Made by a program: the position numbers and the translations under genes | The notes under the pieces: generated by a model | The model's database searches: none | Seen by the model: only the letters and a program-made list of their open reading frames with translations | Told to the model about the DNA's origin: nothing | Assembly (NCBI GenBank): GCA_018304385.1 | Contig: JAGVWJ010000004.1 | Location: 1 to 49,453 of the forward strand | Reading direction: 5' to 3' | Source: Candidatus Micrarchaeota archaeon | GTDB lineage: Archaea > Micrarchaeota > Micrarchaeia > Anstonellales > Bilamarchaeaceae | Length of the DNA stretch: 49,453 nucleotides | Shown here: positions 1 to 9,420 of the stretch, one piece after another | How the letters are laid out: each line of letters opens with the position of its first letter | How positions within the stretch are numbered: the stretch's first letter is position 1

Positions 1-515
1 ATTTTTGGAACTGCAGATTGTATAAAGCTATCCTTACTTGAGCGAAATCGTTCAATTGTTTCTACCCGACCCCCATTTTGGACGTTCTCCTTTGTTACAC
101 TAATATAAAGATAAACAGTTGCTCTTGTTTGGTCATCCAATTCATCTATCTTTGCTTTTAGCGTATCTGCAAAGGAAATGAAGCTTTGTACCCATTCCTG
201 GCTTTCATATTTCTTACCTAGTTCTCTGACTCTTGTAAGTGCTTCAGCCATTCCAAGTGCTAACTCTGCGTTTTCTGTTTGACCTTTTTTTAAGAAATCA
301 CGAGCTGCCTGGCCAAATGCCTTTATTCTTGGATCACTTGATCTGGCAAATTCTATTGCTGTAAGATCCAGCTTTTTTCGACCAATGTCATGCGTTAAAG
401 CATCGACTGATCGTGTTGCACCGTCTATTGCTGTCTGAGCTGCTACTTCTGTTCTTTGTAAAACTGGCACGATAGGTATAACTTCCGGAGGAAGCTCTCT
501 TTGTCCTTGAGCCAT
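1..515 (-). CDS. Hypothetical protein, truncated by the window edge (MAQGQRELPPEVIPIVPVLQRTEVAAQ...)
   Basis: Hand translation: ATG at 515, frame open to position 1 with no stop; 6 bp downstream of the 522-788 ORF on the same strand. Confidence 0.7.
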   Translation of the reverse strand, partial: MAQGQRELPPEVIPIVPVLQRTEVAAQTAIDGATRSVDALTHDIGRKKLDLTAIEFARSSDPRIKAFGQAARDFLKKGQTENAELALGMAEALTRVRELGKKYESQEWVQSFISFADTLKAKIDELDDQTRATVYLYISVTKENVQNGGRVETIERFRSSKDSFIQSAVPK

Positions 516-521
516 GTAAAA

Positions 522-788
522 TCACTTCATTCCGCTACACAATTCATAAAAAGTTCCAATCCTTTCGGCCATTACCTCTGTATCTTCTGTCGGATATACA
601 TAGCGATCTCTCCAATATTCTAATCCCTCTTTCCATTTTATTAGAAGCTGGAGATCCTTTGGTATTTTCTTACTTTTTATCTTTGTAATATTAAGTTTAA
701 GTGCAAGGTTTATTGATCTCAATGTTTTATCAACGCGCACTCTTGCTTCAGCATCAAGCCTTCTAATCTCTTCTTCCATATCCGCCAT
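522..788 (-). CDS. Small hypothetical protein (88 aa)
   Basis: Abuts the pyrH stop, operon-like packing; no family recognised. Confidence 0.6.
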   Translation of the reverse strand: MADMEEEIRRLDAEARVRVDKTLRSINLALKLNITKIKSKKIPKDLQLLIKWKEGLEYWRDRYVYPTEDTEVMAERIGTFYELCSGMK

Positions 789-1466
789 TCATACCACCAT
801 AGTCCCATTATGCTTCATTCCATTTATCGCATTCTCAACATCATGCAAATTTTTTCCGCTTACAAAATGTGCCTCTATTTTTGAGCGCGCTAAAAGCTTG
901 CACGCGAGCATATCAAATATGAAATTAGTGCCAGCTGTGCGCTTGTCATTTTTTATTGCTAATTCTATCAGTTCATCATAACTAAGCTTTTCATATTTTT
1001 TAGCATGTGGATTGTCTTTTGGATTACTATCATAAATAGCATCTGTATTACTTATATTTATTAATCGCGTTGAGTTAAGCGCTTCTGCTAAAAGAACGGA
1101 ATCAGTATCAGTAGTTATTCCTGGAATCGTTCCGCCCATAACTACTACTTTATGCTTGTCAGCGAGCTTTCGAGCTTTATAGAAATCCTTCAATGCTTTT
1201 GGATAAACGATGCTTCCCAATGCATCAATAACTGCCTTTGCATTCTTCCAGGTTATTTTTATTGCAGCAGTATCACAATCAAACTCACTTGCGCCTTTTT
1301 CGCGCAGCTTTTTTGCTTTTTTTCTTGCTGCAAAGCCGCCACCAACAACTATGCCAAAAGAAGCTTCGCTTTTTTCAATTATTGCCTTTATTTTCGCAAG
1401 ATATTCTTTATCTGTCCCTTGCTCAGTATTTACCAAGCTTCCACCTAATGAGAGAACAATGTGCAT
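789..1466 (-). CDS. pyrH: UMP kinase, archaeal type
   Basis: VLSLGGS, IVVGGGFAAR, MGGTIPGITTD and FDMLACKL amino-acid-kinase motifs typical of archaeal PyrH. Confidence 0.92.
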   Translation of the reverse strand: MHIVLSLGGSLVNTEQGTDKEYLAKIKAIIEKSEASFGIVVGGGFAARKKAKKLREKGASEFDCDTAAIKITWKNAKAVIDALGSIVYPKALKDFYKARKLADKHKVVVMGGTIPGITTDTDSVLLAEALNSTRLINISNTDAIYDSNPKDNPHAKKYEKLSYDELIELAIKNDKRTAGTNFIFDMLACKLLARSKIEAHFVSGKNLHDVENAINGMKHNGTMVV

Positions 1467-1526
1467 TTTAAAACCTCATTATAATATAATTAATGAACAT
1501 TAAAATACTTATTGTGGAGTGATTTT

Positions 1527-2072
1527 ATGGATTTAGGTATAGAAGAAATTGAAAAAACCCTTATGAAAAAAGAGGAGCAATTCGATAAAGTACACGTAAA
1601 GAACAGAGAAATAGTGCGAAGCTGCAGCAATGCGATTAAAGCAATTCATGCCAAAGACATGGACGAAGCGAAAAAACATTTAAAGGTTGCAGAAAATGAG
1701 CTTAATGCAATTGAAAAAATTGCAGGTGAGTTTCCAGAGCAGCTAAATCATATATTACAAGAGTATGCAGAAGCAAAAATTGTCTTAAGTGCAGTTGAAA
1801 GTAAAAAAATTCCTAGTTTTAAAGAGCTCGGAGTAAACGAGATCTCGTATCTGAATGGCTTGCTTGATGCAACTGGCGAGCTTAAACGAGAAATGTATGA
1901 ATCATTGCGTAAAAAAGACAAGAAATTAGCAGAACAATATTTCAAGATGATGGAGGAGATTTACGATGCGCTGCTACCATTGCGCTTTAGTAACTCTGTT
2001 TTACCAGAATTTAGAAGAAAACAAGACATTGCTAGAATCCAGATAGAACAGGCTAGGGGAGAGCTATTGTGA
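1527..2072 (+). CDS. Translin family protein
   Basis: REIVRSCSNAIKAIH, QEYAEA, YLNGLLDATGELKR and FRRKQD motifs; GGAGTGA SD before ATG 1527. Confidence 0.85.
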   Translation: MDLGIEEIEKTLMKKEEQFDKVHVKNREIVRSCSNAIKAIHAKDMDEAKKHLKVAENELNAIEKIAGEFPEQLNHILQEYAEAKIVLSAVESKKIPSFKELGVNEISYLNGLLDATGELKREMYESLRKKDKKLAEQYFKMMEEIYDALLPLRFSNSVLPEFRRKQDIARIQIEQARGELL

Positions 2073-2709
2073 AAATTTTCGATTTAACCATTCCTTTAGA
2101 CGAAAACGCTCCAGTCTATCCAGGAGTTCCCAAGCCAAAAATCTCCTCTGTTTTGAATATTGATACGGATGGATTTAATGAACTAATGCTTAGTATGGAT
2201 TTAATGAACTAATGCTTAGTTTTCCTACGCATACTGGCACGCATATTGACGCGCCATTTCATTGTATAAAAAATGGGAAAAAACTTAGCGATTATGATAT
2301 TTCTTATTTTGTTGGTGAAGCAATAGTTTTTGATTGTAAATGCCAAAAAGAAATCGAATTATCTGAAACCGAACTTAAAAAAATAAAGAAAGATGATTTT
2401 GTTTTTTTCTATACAGGACATAGTGATAATTACAAATCACCAAATTATTTTACAAATTATCCAGTTATTTCAAAGGAAACTGCGCAAGCTTTAGTTGCAA
2501 AAAAAGTAAAAGTTATTGGAATTGATTCACCATCACCAGATAAAGCTCCTTATAAAATTCATTATATCCTTTTAGGAAAAGGTATACCTATTGTCGAGAA
2601 CTTATATAACCTTGCTACGCGCGTAGGCAAACGGTTTAAATGCATTATTGCTCCATTACATATTCAAAATGCGGATGGTGCGCCATGCCGGGTTATAGGA
2701 ATTGATTGA
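2069..2709 (+). pseudogene. Cyclase / kynurenine formamidase family metal hydrolase, frameshifted by a 26-bp duplication
   Basis: GTG 2069 gives MKIFDLTIPLDENAPVYPG; HTGTHIDAPFH, IGIDSPSPD, IVENL and DGAPCRV are in another frame; deleting one 26-bp copy restores one ORF. Confidence 0.85.
2169..2220. repeat. Perfect tandem duplication, 2 x 26 bp (ATGGATTTAATGAACTAATGCTTAGT)
   Basis: Copies at 2169-2194 and 2195-2220. Confidence 0.98.
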
Positions 2710-2710
2710 T

Positions 2711-2992
2711 ATGAATAAAGCACGTTTACATATTACCGTTAGTGGTATTGTACAAGGGGTATTCTTTCGAGCTACTACTTGTGATATGGCAAATGAGCTT
2801 AAGCTAACTGGCTGGGTTAAGAATAGCGAGGATGGAGAAAGTGTTGAAATATTGGCAGAAGGAGACAAGAAAACACTTGAAAAATTCTTAGAATGGTGCG
2901 CCAAAGGCCCTAAGGGCGCAAATGTTGAACAGATAAACTATGATTGGTATAATTTTACTGGCGAACATAGAGGTTTTATAATCAGACACTAG
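2711..2992 (+). CDS. acyP: Acylphosphatase
   Basis: VSGIVQGVFFRA, LTGWVKN and GPKGANV motifs. Confidence 0.93.
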   Translation: MNKARLHITVSGIVQGVFFRATTCDMANELKLTGWVKNSEDGESVEILAEGDKKTLEKFLEWCAKGPKGANVEQINYDWYNFTGEHRGFIIRH

Positions 2993-3821
2993 TTTTTTTA
3001 CCCTTAAATGCCAAATAAATTCCAAATAACATAACTAATGCGCCTATCCCTGCAAAAAGTAAATAAGGCCAATTAAAAGGATTAACATCTTCTTTTAGGC
3101 GTGATTGGTACGGATCAGCTGGATTCACAAATATATCCACCTCTTTATCTGCTGCGTTGTTATCAACCATCCTTGCAATACTGGTAAAATCGCTTGTGGA
3201 AAATCCGCAACAATTACCTCGGTATGTTTTTCCATTATATGTATAACTATAATCTATCTCTGCAGAAAACATGCGATCGCCGTCTGAATCATAATCCTCA
3301 CTAATCTCAGAAAATGTTACTGTCCCTTTGATAAGATCCCATGAAAGCGCATTATAGTCATTCCAAATAAAATAAGCACCTACTCCAAAAAATATCAGGC
3401 CAAAGATTATAATTATAACAGGGCTACCCTTAGCATTTTGTTTTTTACCTTGATAATAAATTCTGAATCTTGAATTTTCATTAGCACCGTCTGCCACTCT
3501 TCCACTTGCTTTTTCCGACCATGCCGACAATGCCTTATTTGCACTTTCACTTACGTATGGCACAGAATCAGAAGTCGCTCTTTCAAGAGCAGGAATAGCG
3601 GATGAAATATCTGTTCCATTTGATGCAGCAGATGTTAATGCCTCAGCAGCATTTGTTCTAATAATTGAGGATTTATCGGATAAGGCAGTTATGAGTGCGG
3701 GTACCGCGCTAGAAATATTTACACCTTGAGCTGCAGCATCACTTAAACTAGAAGTAGCACTCTCTCTAATTATCAAATCATTACTTTTTAGATCTTCAAT
3801 TAGTTTTTTTATATCAGTCAT
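2982..3821 (-). CDS. HEAT-repeat protein with a DUF3592-like membrane domain
   Basis: N-terminal AVPALITALSDKSSIIRTNAAEAL-type repeats; two hydrophobic helices flank YSYTYNGKTYRG and VFVNPADP-like motifs. Confidence 0.65.
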   Translation of the reverse strand: MTDIKKLIEDLKSNDLIIRESATSSLSDAAAQGVNISSAVPALITALSDKSSIIRTNAAEALTSAASNGTDISSAIPALERATSDSVPYVSESANKALSAWSEKASGRVADGANENSRFRIYYQGKKQNAKGSPVIIIIFGLIFFGVGAYFIWNDYNALSWDLIKGTVTFSEISEDYDSDGDRMFSAEIDYSYTYNGKTYRGNCCGFSTSDFTSIARMVDNNAADKEVDIFVNPADPYQSRLKEDVNPFNWPYLLFAGIGALVMLFGIYLAFKGKKTSV

Positions 3822-3884
3822 GTGTAAGATTTGGGGATAGAGTTTAAAAAGATAGTTAACAATACCATTTGGAGGTAGGTAAAA

Positions 3885-4061
3885 ATGACAAGATTAGTTA
3901 AACATGATATAAAAGGACCGCAGCAAGTTGGAGAAGCATGGATATGCAGGTGTGGTTTAAGCAAGAATCAACCAAGTTGCGATGGCTCTCATAAGAAAAC
4001 ACTTGACGAACAAGACGGCAAACTTTATGTATATGAAGGCGACAAGAGAGTAGAAGTATAG
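3885..4061 (+). CDS. CDGSH iron-sulfur domain protein (58 aa)
   Basis: Hand translation MTRLVKHDIKGPQQVGEAWICRCGLSKNQPSCDGSHKK...; full CxCxxSxxxPxCDGSH motif; GGAGGT SD; absent from ORF track. Confidence 0.9.
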   Translation: MTRLVKHDIKGPQQVGEAWICRCGLSKNQPSCDGSHKKTLDEQDGKLYVYEGDKRVEV

Positions 4062-4094
4062 TTCTTTTTATTCTTTTACTTTGAATAAATAGTT

Positions 4095-5825
4095 ATGACT
4101 TTTTTCAAAGACGTAGCACAGGTTTTCTTAGAAATTGAAAAGCGATCTGGCAGACTGGAAATGACAGATCTACTCGCAGAGCTATTCAAAAAAACTAGCT
4201 CCAGAGAAATTGATAAACTAATATATTTAACTCAAGGCATACTTGCACCGCCATATGAAGGCATAGACCTTGGAATGGGAGAGCAATTTGCAATACGCGC
4301 AATAGCAGCAGTAAGCGGTTATCCAAAAGAACAGGTTGAGCAGCATTATAAAAAATCAGGCGATCTTGGCTTAACAGTAGATGAGATGCTTGGAAAAAGA
4401 AAGCAGCTTTCACTTAGTAGAGAAGATATGGATATTGAATATGTTTACAATGCACTTTTAAAAATTGCAAAAACAGGTGGGGCAGGGAGCCAAGATTTAA
4501 AGATAAAACATCTTACTGAAATGTTAAATAACTCATCACCAGCAGAAGCGAGATTTATTGTAAGGTTTGTGCTTGGAAGATTACGCTTAGGCGTGGGCGA
4601 TCCGACAATATTGGATGCACTTAGCGTTTCAAAAACAGGAGATAAATCCTTGCGCGAGCCACTCGAACGCGCCTATAATGTTTGTAGTGATTTAGGTTAT
4701 GTTGCAAAAACATTTTTTGAAAATCCAGAAAAGATAAATCGATTTATTGTTCAGCCATTCAAACCATTACAACCTGCGCTAGCAGAACGCTTAAGCACAC
4801 CAGAAGAAATAGTTGAAAAGATTGGTAAGTGCGCGTGTGAGTTTAAATTTGATGGATTTCGTTTGCAGGTGCACAAGCGTGGCAAAGAAGTTGAACTTTA
4901 TTCCCGCAAATTGGAAAAAATGACTCACATGTTTCCTGATGTGACTGAGGCAGTAAAAAAACTTAAAGCAAATGAGATTATATTTGAAGGCGAAGCATTG
5001 GCATATAACGAAAAAGAAAATAGATATTATTCATTTCAACAAACAATGCAGCGCAAGCGCAAGCATGGGATAAGTGATGCAAGTAAGGAATTGCCACTAA
5101 ACATATTTTGTTTTGATGTATTATATTTGGATGGAAAGGATTTGACTGAAAAACCCTATAGGGAAAGAAGAAAAACACTAGAGAAAATTTTTCCATTAGG
5201 TATCCTTAAACTACCAAATCGAAAAATTGTAAAAACTTGGAAAGAACTTGATAAACTGTTCAAGAAATCAATCAAAGAGGGATTAGAAGGCATAATGGCA
5301 AAGGATTTATCTGCACCATATACAGCAGGCAAGCGCAAGTTCGCATGGATAAAACTAAAAAAATCATATGGAAAATCAGTTGATACAATTGATGGTGTGA
5401 TCGTTGGGTATTATCTTGGAAGAGGAGCGCGTGCTGAATTCGAATTTGGTGGATTGCTTGTTGCTGTTTATAACGAAGATAAAGGCAGATTGGAAACTAT
5501 TGCAAAGATCGGCTCTGGATACAGCGAACAGGAGATGGTTGAACTACAGAAAATGCTGGATGATATAAAAGTAGAAGCTCCACCTGCGAAATTAGATTTT
5601 AACGAAGCTCAAAAACCAGATTTTTGGGTTGAACCACGCTATGTTATAGAGGCTTCATTTGATGAGATTACGCTTTCGCCAACGCATACGTGTGGTATGG
5701 ATGAAGGGAGGGGGCATGCATTGCGATTCCCAAGAATGTTAAAGATGCGGCCTGATAAGAGCATTGATGAGATTACGACTACACAGGAAGTAATTGATAT
5801 GTACGCGAAGCAGGGGCCACATTAA
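4095..5825 (+). CDS. lig: ATP-dependent DNA ligase, archaeal type
   Basis: Motif I EFKFDGFR, EGEA, FDVLY, EGIMAK, WIKLKK and ALRFPR. Confidence 0.97.
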   Translation: MTFFKDVAQVFLEIEKRSGRLEMTDLLAELFKKTSSREIDKLIYLTQGILAPPYEGIDLGMGEQFAIRAIAAVSGYPKEQVEQHYKKSGDLGLTVDEMLGKRKQLSLSREDMDIEYVYNALLKIAKTGGAGSQDLKIKHLTEMLNNSSPAEARFIVRFVLGRLRLGVGDPTILDALSVSKTGDKSLREPLERAYNVCSDLGYVAKTFFENPEKINRFIVQPFKPLQPALAERLSTPEEIVEKIGKCACEFKFDGFRLQVHKRGKEVELYSRKLEKMTHMFPDVTEAVKKLKANEIIFEGEALAYNEKENRYYSFQQTMQRKRKHGISDASKELPLNIFCFDVLYLDGKDLTEKPYRERRKTLEKIFPLGILKLPNRKIVKTWKELDKLFKKSIKEGLEGIMAKDLSAPYTAGKRKFAWIKLKKSYGKSVDTIDGVIVGYYLGRGARAEFEFGGLLVAVYNEDKGRLETIAKIGSGYSEQEMVELQKMLDDIKVEAPPAKLDFNEAQKPDFWVEPRYVIEASFDEITLSPTHTCGMDEGRGHALRFPRMLKMRPDKSIDEITTTQEVIDMYAKQGPH

Positions 5826-5850
5826 TAAATATTCTTTCTGTAATAAAATA

Positions 5851-6234
5851 ATGCGATTTTTAACATTAGTATTTGGGGTTTTTGTTTTATTTATTGCAGG
5901 TTGCTCAGGTCTCGGAGGTCAACCTCAACCAAAAGACTGTGGTTATGCTTATCAGGAATGTCTTGAACCAGCTGAACAGACATGCACACCTGCTTATGGA
6001 AAATTAGATAATGGCGAGATTATTATGTCTGAAAGAATTCTCGGATTCGAAGGAGATGACTGCAAAATGGAGATGCAATTCGAGTCTCCTGCTGAAATAA
6101 AAGGGCTTACTGCTTCATGCAAATTTCCAAAAAGTACATTAACAGCAGTAACTGATCCTGATGATATAACTGACTTGTGCACATATTGCTCAGGAACAAT
6201 AATAGATCAATTTAAAGCTCTTAAAATGTGCTAA
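5851..6234 (+). CDS. Cys-rich putative lipoprotein
   Basis: ATG 5851 gives MRFLTLVFGVFVLFIAGC, a signal peptide with lipobox-like Cys. Confidence 0.65.
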   Translation: MRFLTLVFGVFVLFIAGCSGLGGQPQPKDCGYAYQECLEPAEQTCTPAYGKLDNGEIIMSERILGFEGDDCKMEMQFESPAEIKGLTASCKFPKSTLTAVTDPDDITDLCTYCSGTIIDQFKALKMC

Positions 6235-6248
6235 TTTTAGGTGATCTT

Positions 6249-6767
6249 TTGCTTTATAGATATAAGGATAAACATCCACATATTCATGAATCTTGCTTCA
6301 TTGCACCATCTGCAGATATAATTGGGGATGTGGAAATAGCAGAAAACTCTAGTGTTTGGTTTAGTGCAACTATACGCGCTGATCAGAATTATATTCGCAT
6401 TGGGAAAAATGTTAGCGTGCAGGATAATGCTGTTTTGCATGTTGATGATAAAAATGCTGTTGTCATTGCAGAGGATGTTGTCATCGGGCATGGTGCAATT
6501 ATTCATGGTTGCAAGATAGATAGTAATTGTATTGTTGGTATGGGTGCAATTGTTTTAAGCGGGGTTGAGATTGGTAAGAATTGTATTATTGGTGCTGGTA
6601 GCGTAATTACTGAAGAAAAAAAGATTCCTGATAATTCCATTGTACTAGGAATACCAGGGAAAGTAGTAAAACAGACAACTGATGAGCATGTTACGAGAAT
6701 AAAAAGAAATGTTCAGATTTACGTAGCGCATAATGAGGATTATAAGAAATATTTTGAGAAACACTGA
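6249..6767 (+). CDS. Gamma-class carbonic anhydrase family (hexapeptide repeat)
   Basis: IIGDVEI, SVWFSATIRAD, QDNAVLH and IGHGAIIHGC; TTG 6249 follows a GGTGA SD. Confidence 0.9.
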   Translation: MLYRYKDKHPHIHESCFIAPSADIIGDVEIAENSSVWFSATIRADQNYIRIGKNVSVQDNAVLHVDDKNAVVIAEDVVIGHGAIIHGCKIDSNCIVGMGAIVLSGVEIGKNCIIGAGSVITEEKKIPDNSIVLGIPGKVVKQTTDEHVTRIKRNVQIYVAHNEDYKKYFEKH

Positions 6768-6781
6768 TTTTTGATAGCGGG

Positions 6782-7618
6782 TTGGCTTTCTTGGTTTATA
6801 AAAACAACATAATATTGTGCACCAGTATTCTACTGCTCTTCTTGCTTTCAGGATGCAGTTTGCTTATCAATAAAGAAAACACCCTTGTTTCTGATCCTAT
6901 TTATGATAAAACTCCATTGATTGAAAAGGACTTGCTAGTGAATCCCTCTGTTACCGAAGTTTATATAGACGCACCCAAAAATAAATCTACAAAGGAAGAC
7001 ACACTTATTCCTGTCCATCCAGAAATTTGGTCTCAATATTCCCCCTATGGCAAAGGATGGGAATTTAAGGTAAATTGTTTTGGAAACTATTCGCTGCTTG
7101 AAGAATGTTTTCTTTGGCGTGTTGATGAAGTTTTGGTTGTAACACCAAACGGTTCGCGTTATTTTCTAAATAAAGATTTCAATCTAAATAATTATTCTGG
7201 AGAAATAACACGGAGATGGGTTCTATACGGACCAGCAAATGACTCTCTTCCAGAAAGTGGTACTTATGTCTTTGAATACACCAAGAATAAGACCATTATT
7301 TACCGACAAAACGTTTCATATATACAAAGCAGTATTTCGTATCCGACAATGGTTCAATGGGAACAGAGGCAAAAGAATCTGTATGTTCGATGGAATGCTC
7401 CACAAGTCGTTGATAAAACAATGTGGTATAAGGTAATCGTATGGAATGAATTTGGAACCCCATCACTCTTTATTTCAAAGGTCTTTTCATGGAACGCAAC
7501 AGATGCTCTACTTGAAGCAGTACCCTTTACGCAAGGTGGCAACTACTCGCTTAACGTTGCGCTTTTCTTTCCAAATGGATATGCGCACAGTGAGTATGTA
7601 ATGGTAAGATGGAAATAA
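6782..7618 (+). CDS. Hypothetical exported lipoprotein, beta-rich
   Basis: ILLLFLLSGC lipobox-like segment; start codon uncertain. Confidence 0.6.
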   Translation: MAFLVYKNNIILCTSILLLFLLSGCSLLINKENTLVSDPIYDKTPLIEKDLLVNPSVTEVYIDAPKNKSTKEDTLIPVHPEIWSQYSPYGKGWEFKVNCFGNYSLLEECFLWRVDEVLVVTPNGSRYFLNKDFNLNNYSGEITRRWVLYGPANDSLPESGTYVFEYTKNKTIIYRQNVSYIQSSISYPTMVQWEQRQKNLYVRWNAPQVVDKTMWYKVIVWNEFGTPSLFISKVFSWNATDALLEAVPFTQGGNYSLNVALFFPNGYAHSEYVMVRWK

Positions 7619-7627
7619 TTCTATTTA

Positions 7628-8188
7628 TTATGACCGCATAGCCTTAATCAAATCTGATTTAGTGATTATTCCCACTACATCACCATCTCGCTTAACCAAA
7701 AGCGCTTTATAGAATTTAAGCATTTCAGTAACTACTTCTATTTCAGAATTTTCAGGAATTATCGGAAAGCTCTCTTTCATTACGTATCGCACAGATACCT
7801 TAGATATTTTATCTCCATACTTTGTTAGCCAATCTACAAATTCATCATCTGTTACGCTGCCTATTGGCTTGCCTTCCTTGAGTACGGGCAATTGCGATAT
7901 CGCGCGTTCGCGCATTATTTTCATTACTTTATCGAGTTTATCATCTGGCTTAATGGATATGATATCTTTTGTCATTACCTCGCTTGCTTTCTTTGTATGC
8001 TTATGCTTGTTTAGCTGATCTTCTATTGCATGAAATATTGCAACCACCTTTGAATATGCAGGATCAATCTTTCTTGCCTCGATCTTAGCAATCAGACTTT
8101 GGCTTACGCCTGCAAGCGCAGCTAATTCTTTTTGAGTTAGATTTAGCTTTCGCCTTAAATCGCCGAGTTTATCTATTTCGAATTGAAT
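7628..8188 (-). CDS. XRE-type HTH plus tandem CBS domain regulator
   Basis: LRRKLNLTQKELAALAGVSQSLIAKIE HTH then two CBS repeats; start placed at ATT 8188 after SD (track uses GTG 8266). Confidence 0.85.
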   Translation of the reverse strand: MQFEIDKLGDLRRKLNLTQKELAALAGVSQSLIAKIEARKIDPAYSKVVAIFHAIEDQLNKHKHTKKASEVMTKDIISIKPDDKLDKVMKIMRERAISQLPVLKEGKPIGSVTDDEFVDWLTKYGDKISKVSVRYVMKESFPIIPENSEIEVVTEMLKFYKALLVKRDGDVVGIITKSDLIKAMRS

Positions 8189-8377
8189 AAAATCACCCTC
8201 ACATATTCCAATAAGAATATTTTTATCAGTAATATATAAATATACGAATATTTTTAATAGTTTCACAGGTGATTAAATTGGGAGCCACACAAACAGGAAG
8301 GGGTTTACGGATGCAAAGATCCTACAAGAGTTATTGATAGAATAACTGCAGCTATAAGCGTATTTAGAAGACCTCCT

Positions 8378-9385
8378 TTGGTAGAAGAAAGGAGGAGGGC
8401 AACAATTGTATTTGCCCATGATTGGGGCGCTGATGGGGCACAGGCAAATGTTGAGCATCAAATTAAAACTATTGGCAGATCACTTAATGCAGAGTTAGAA
8501 GTAACTACTGTTCCAGGTATTCCTCCATTAGGCAGCCCATTAATTGCTGCAATTGAATTTGATAGAGTTATTGATACGCATAGAATTACCTTAGAATTAT
8601 GTGCAAGAAAGCTGGAAGCTAAAGGCTTGTCAAAAGATGAAATTGAAAAGAAACTCTCTAATCTTGTTTTAATAAATGTTTTTGACCGAGGCGTTGGTAG
8701 CGAGCGTGTTGCGGCAATTGTAGAAGGCAAGCTTAAAATAAAAGGCGCTGATGGCGATTATCTTATTTCAGTTGCTTTGGTTGGTCCTTTAAATAATGGT
8801 ATAATTGGCGCATTAGTTAAACGATTAGACTCAGTTACTGCATTTGATCTTGCTAATGCTAAGCACCATGTTGATGATTTAGGATGCGTTACATGGGATG
8901 GTAGAACTAAATTTGGACCAGTTGCAGCACTTTACGCTAGCGGTACTGCAGCAAGCGAATTTGGTAAGCCAGTTGATGTAAGCGCTCACCCAAGAATAGC
9001 ATTTGAACCTATTTATACTGGAGATTCTGTTTCGGTTCCGTTGGTTGATATTGACCCTATTGGTAATTTAGTACTTGGATTAAGAAATGGCGAAGCAAAC
9101 AAATTGTTAGAGGCACCATTTCTAGCATTGTCAGTTGCAGGTAGAACAATATTGACTAAAACCGGTCATAAATTTAGCGATGTTGGAGAAGGTGAGTTAA
9201 TTGCTTACAGGGGTTCTAATGGATTATTAGAAATCGCAATAAATAATGGAGACCTAGCAAGACAACTAAATTTATCTAGAGAACAAGGACATCTTGAGCT
9301 TATTGTTGCTGCGAAGGTGCTACAACCAGCAACTGTTTTTGAGCTACAACCGGTATCTGAGGCGCAAGCTAGAGAGGTCGCATAA
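8378..9385 (+). CDS. SAM hydroxide adenosyltransferase / chlorinase-fluorinase (DUF62) family, divergent
   Basis: HDWG (cf. TDFG), VFDRGVGSER (cf. VVDPGVGT.R), TWDGRTKFGPVAA, IDPIGNL, GSNGLLEIAIN; true start uncertain. Confidence 0.8.
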   Translation: MVEERRRATIVFAHDWGADGAQANVEHQIKTIGRSLNAELEVTTVPGIPPLGSPLIAAIEFDRVIDTHRITLELCARKLEAKGLSKDEIEKKLSNLVLINVFDRGVGSERVAAIVEGKLKIKGADGDYLISVALVGPLNNGIIGALVKRLDSVTAFDLANAKHHVDDLGCVTWDGRTKFGPVAALYASGTAASEFGKPVDVSAHPRIAFEPIYTGDSVSVPLVDIDPIGNLVLGLRNGEANKLLEAPFLALSVAGRTILTKTGHKFSDVGEGELIAYRGSNGLLEIAINNGDLARQLNLSREQGHLELIVAAKVLQPATVFELQPVSEAQAREVA

Positions 9386-9420
9386 TTTTTAATAGCTCCT
9401 AAGCTAATAATATTCAAAAG

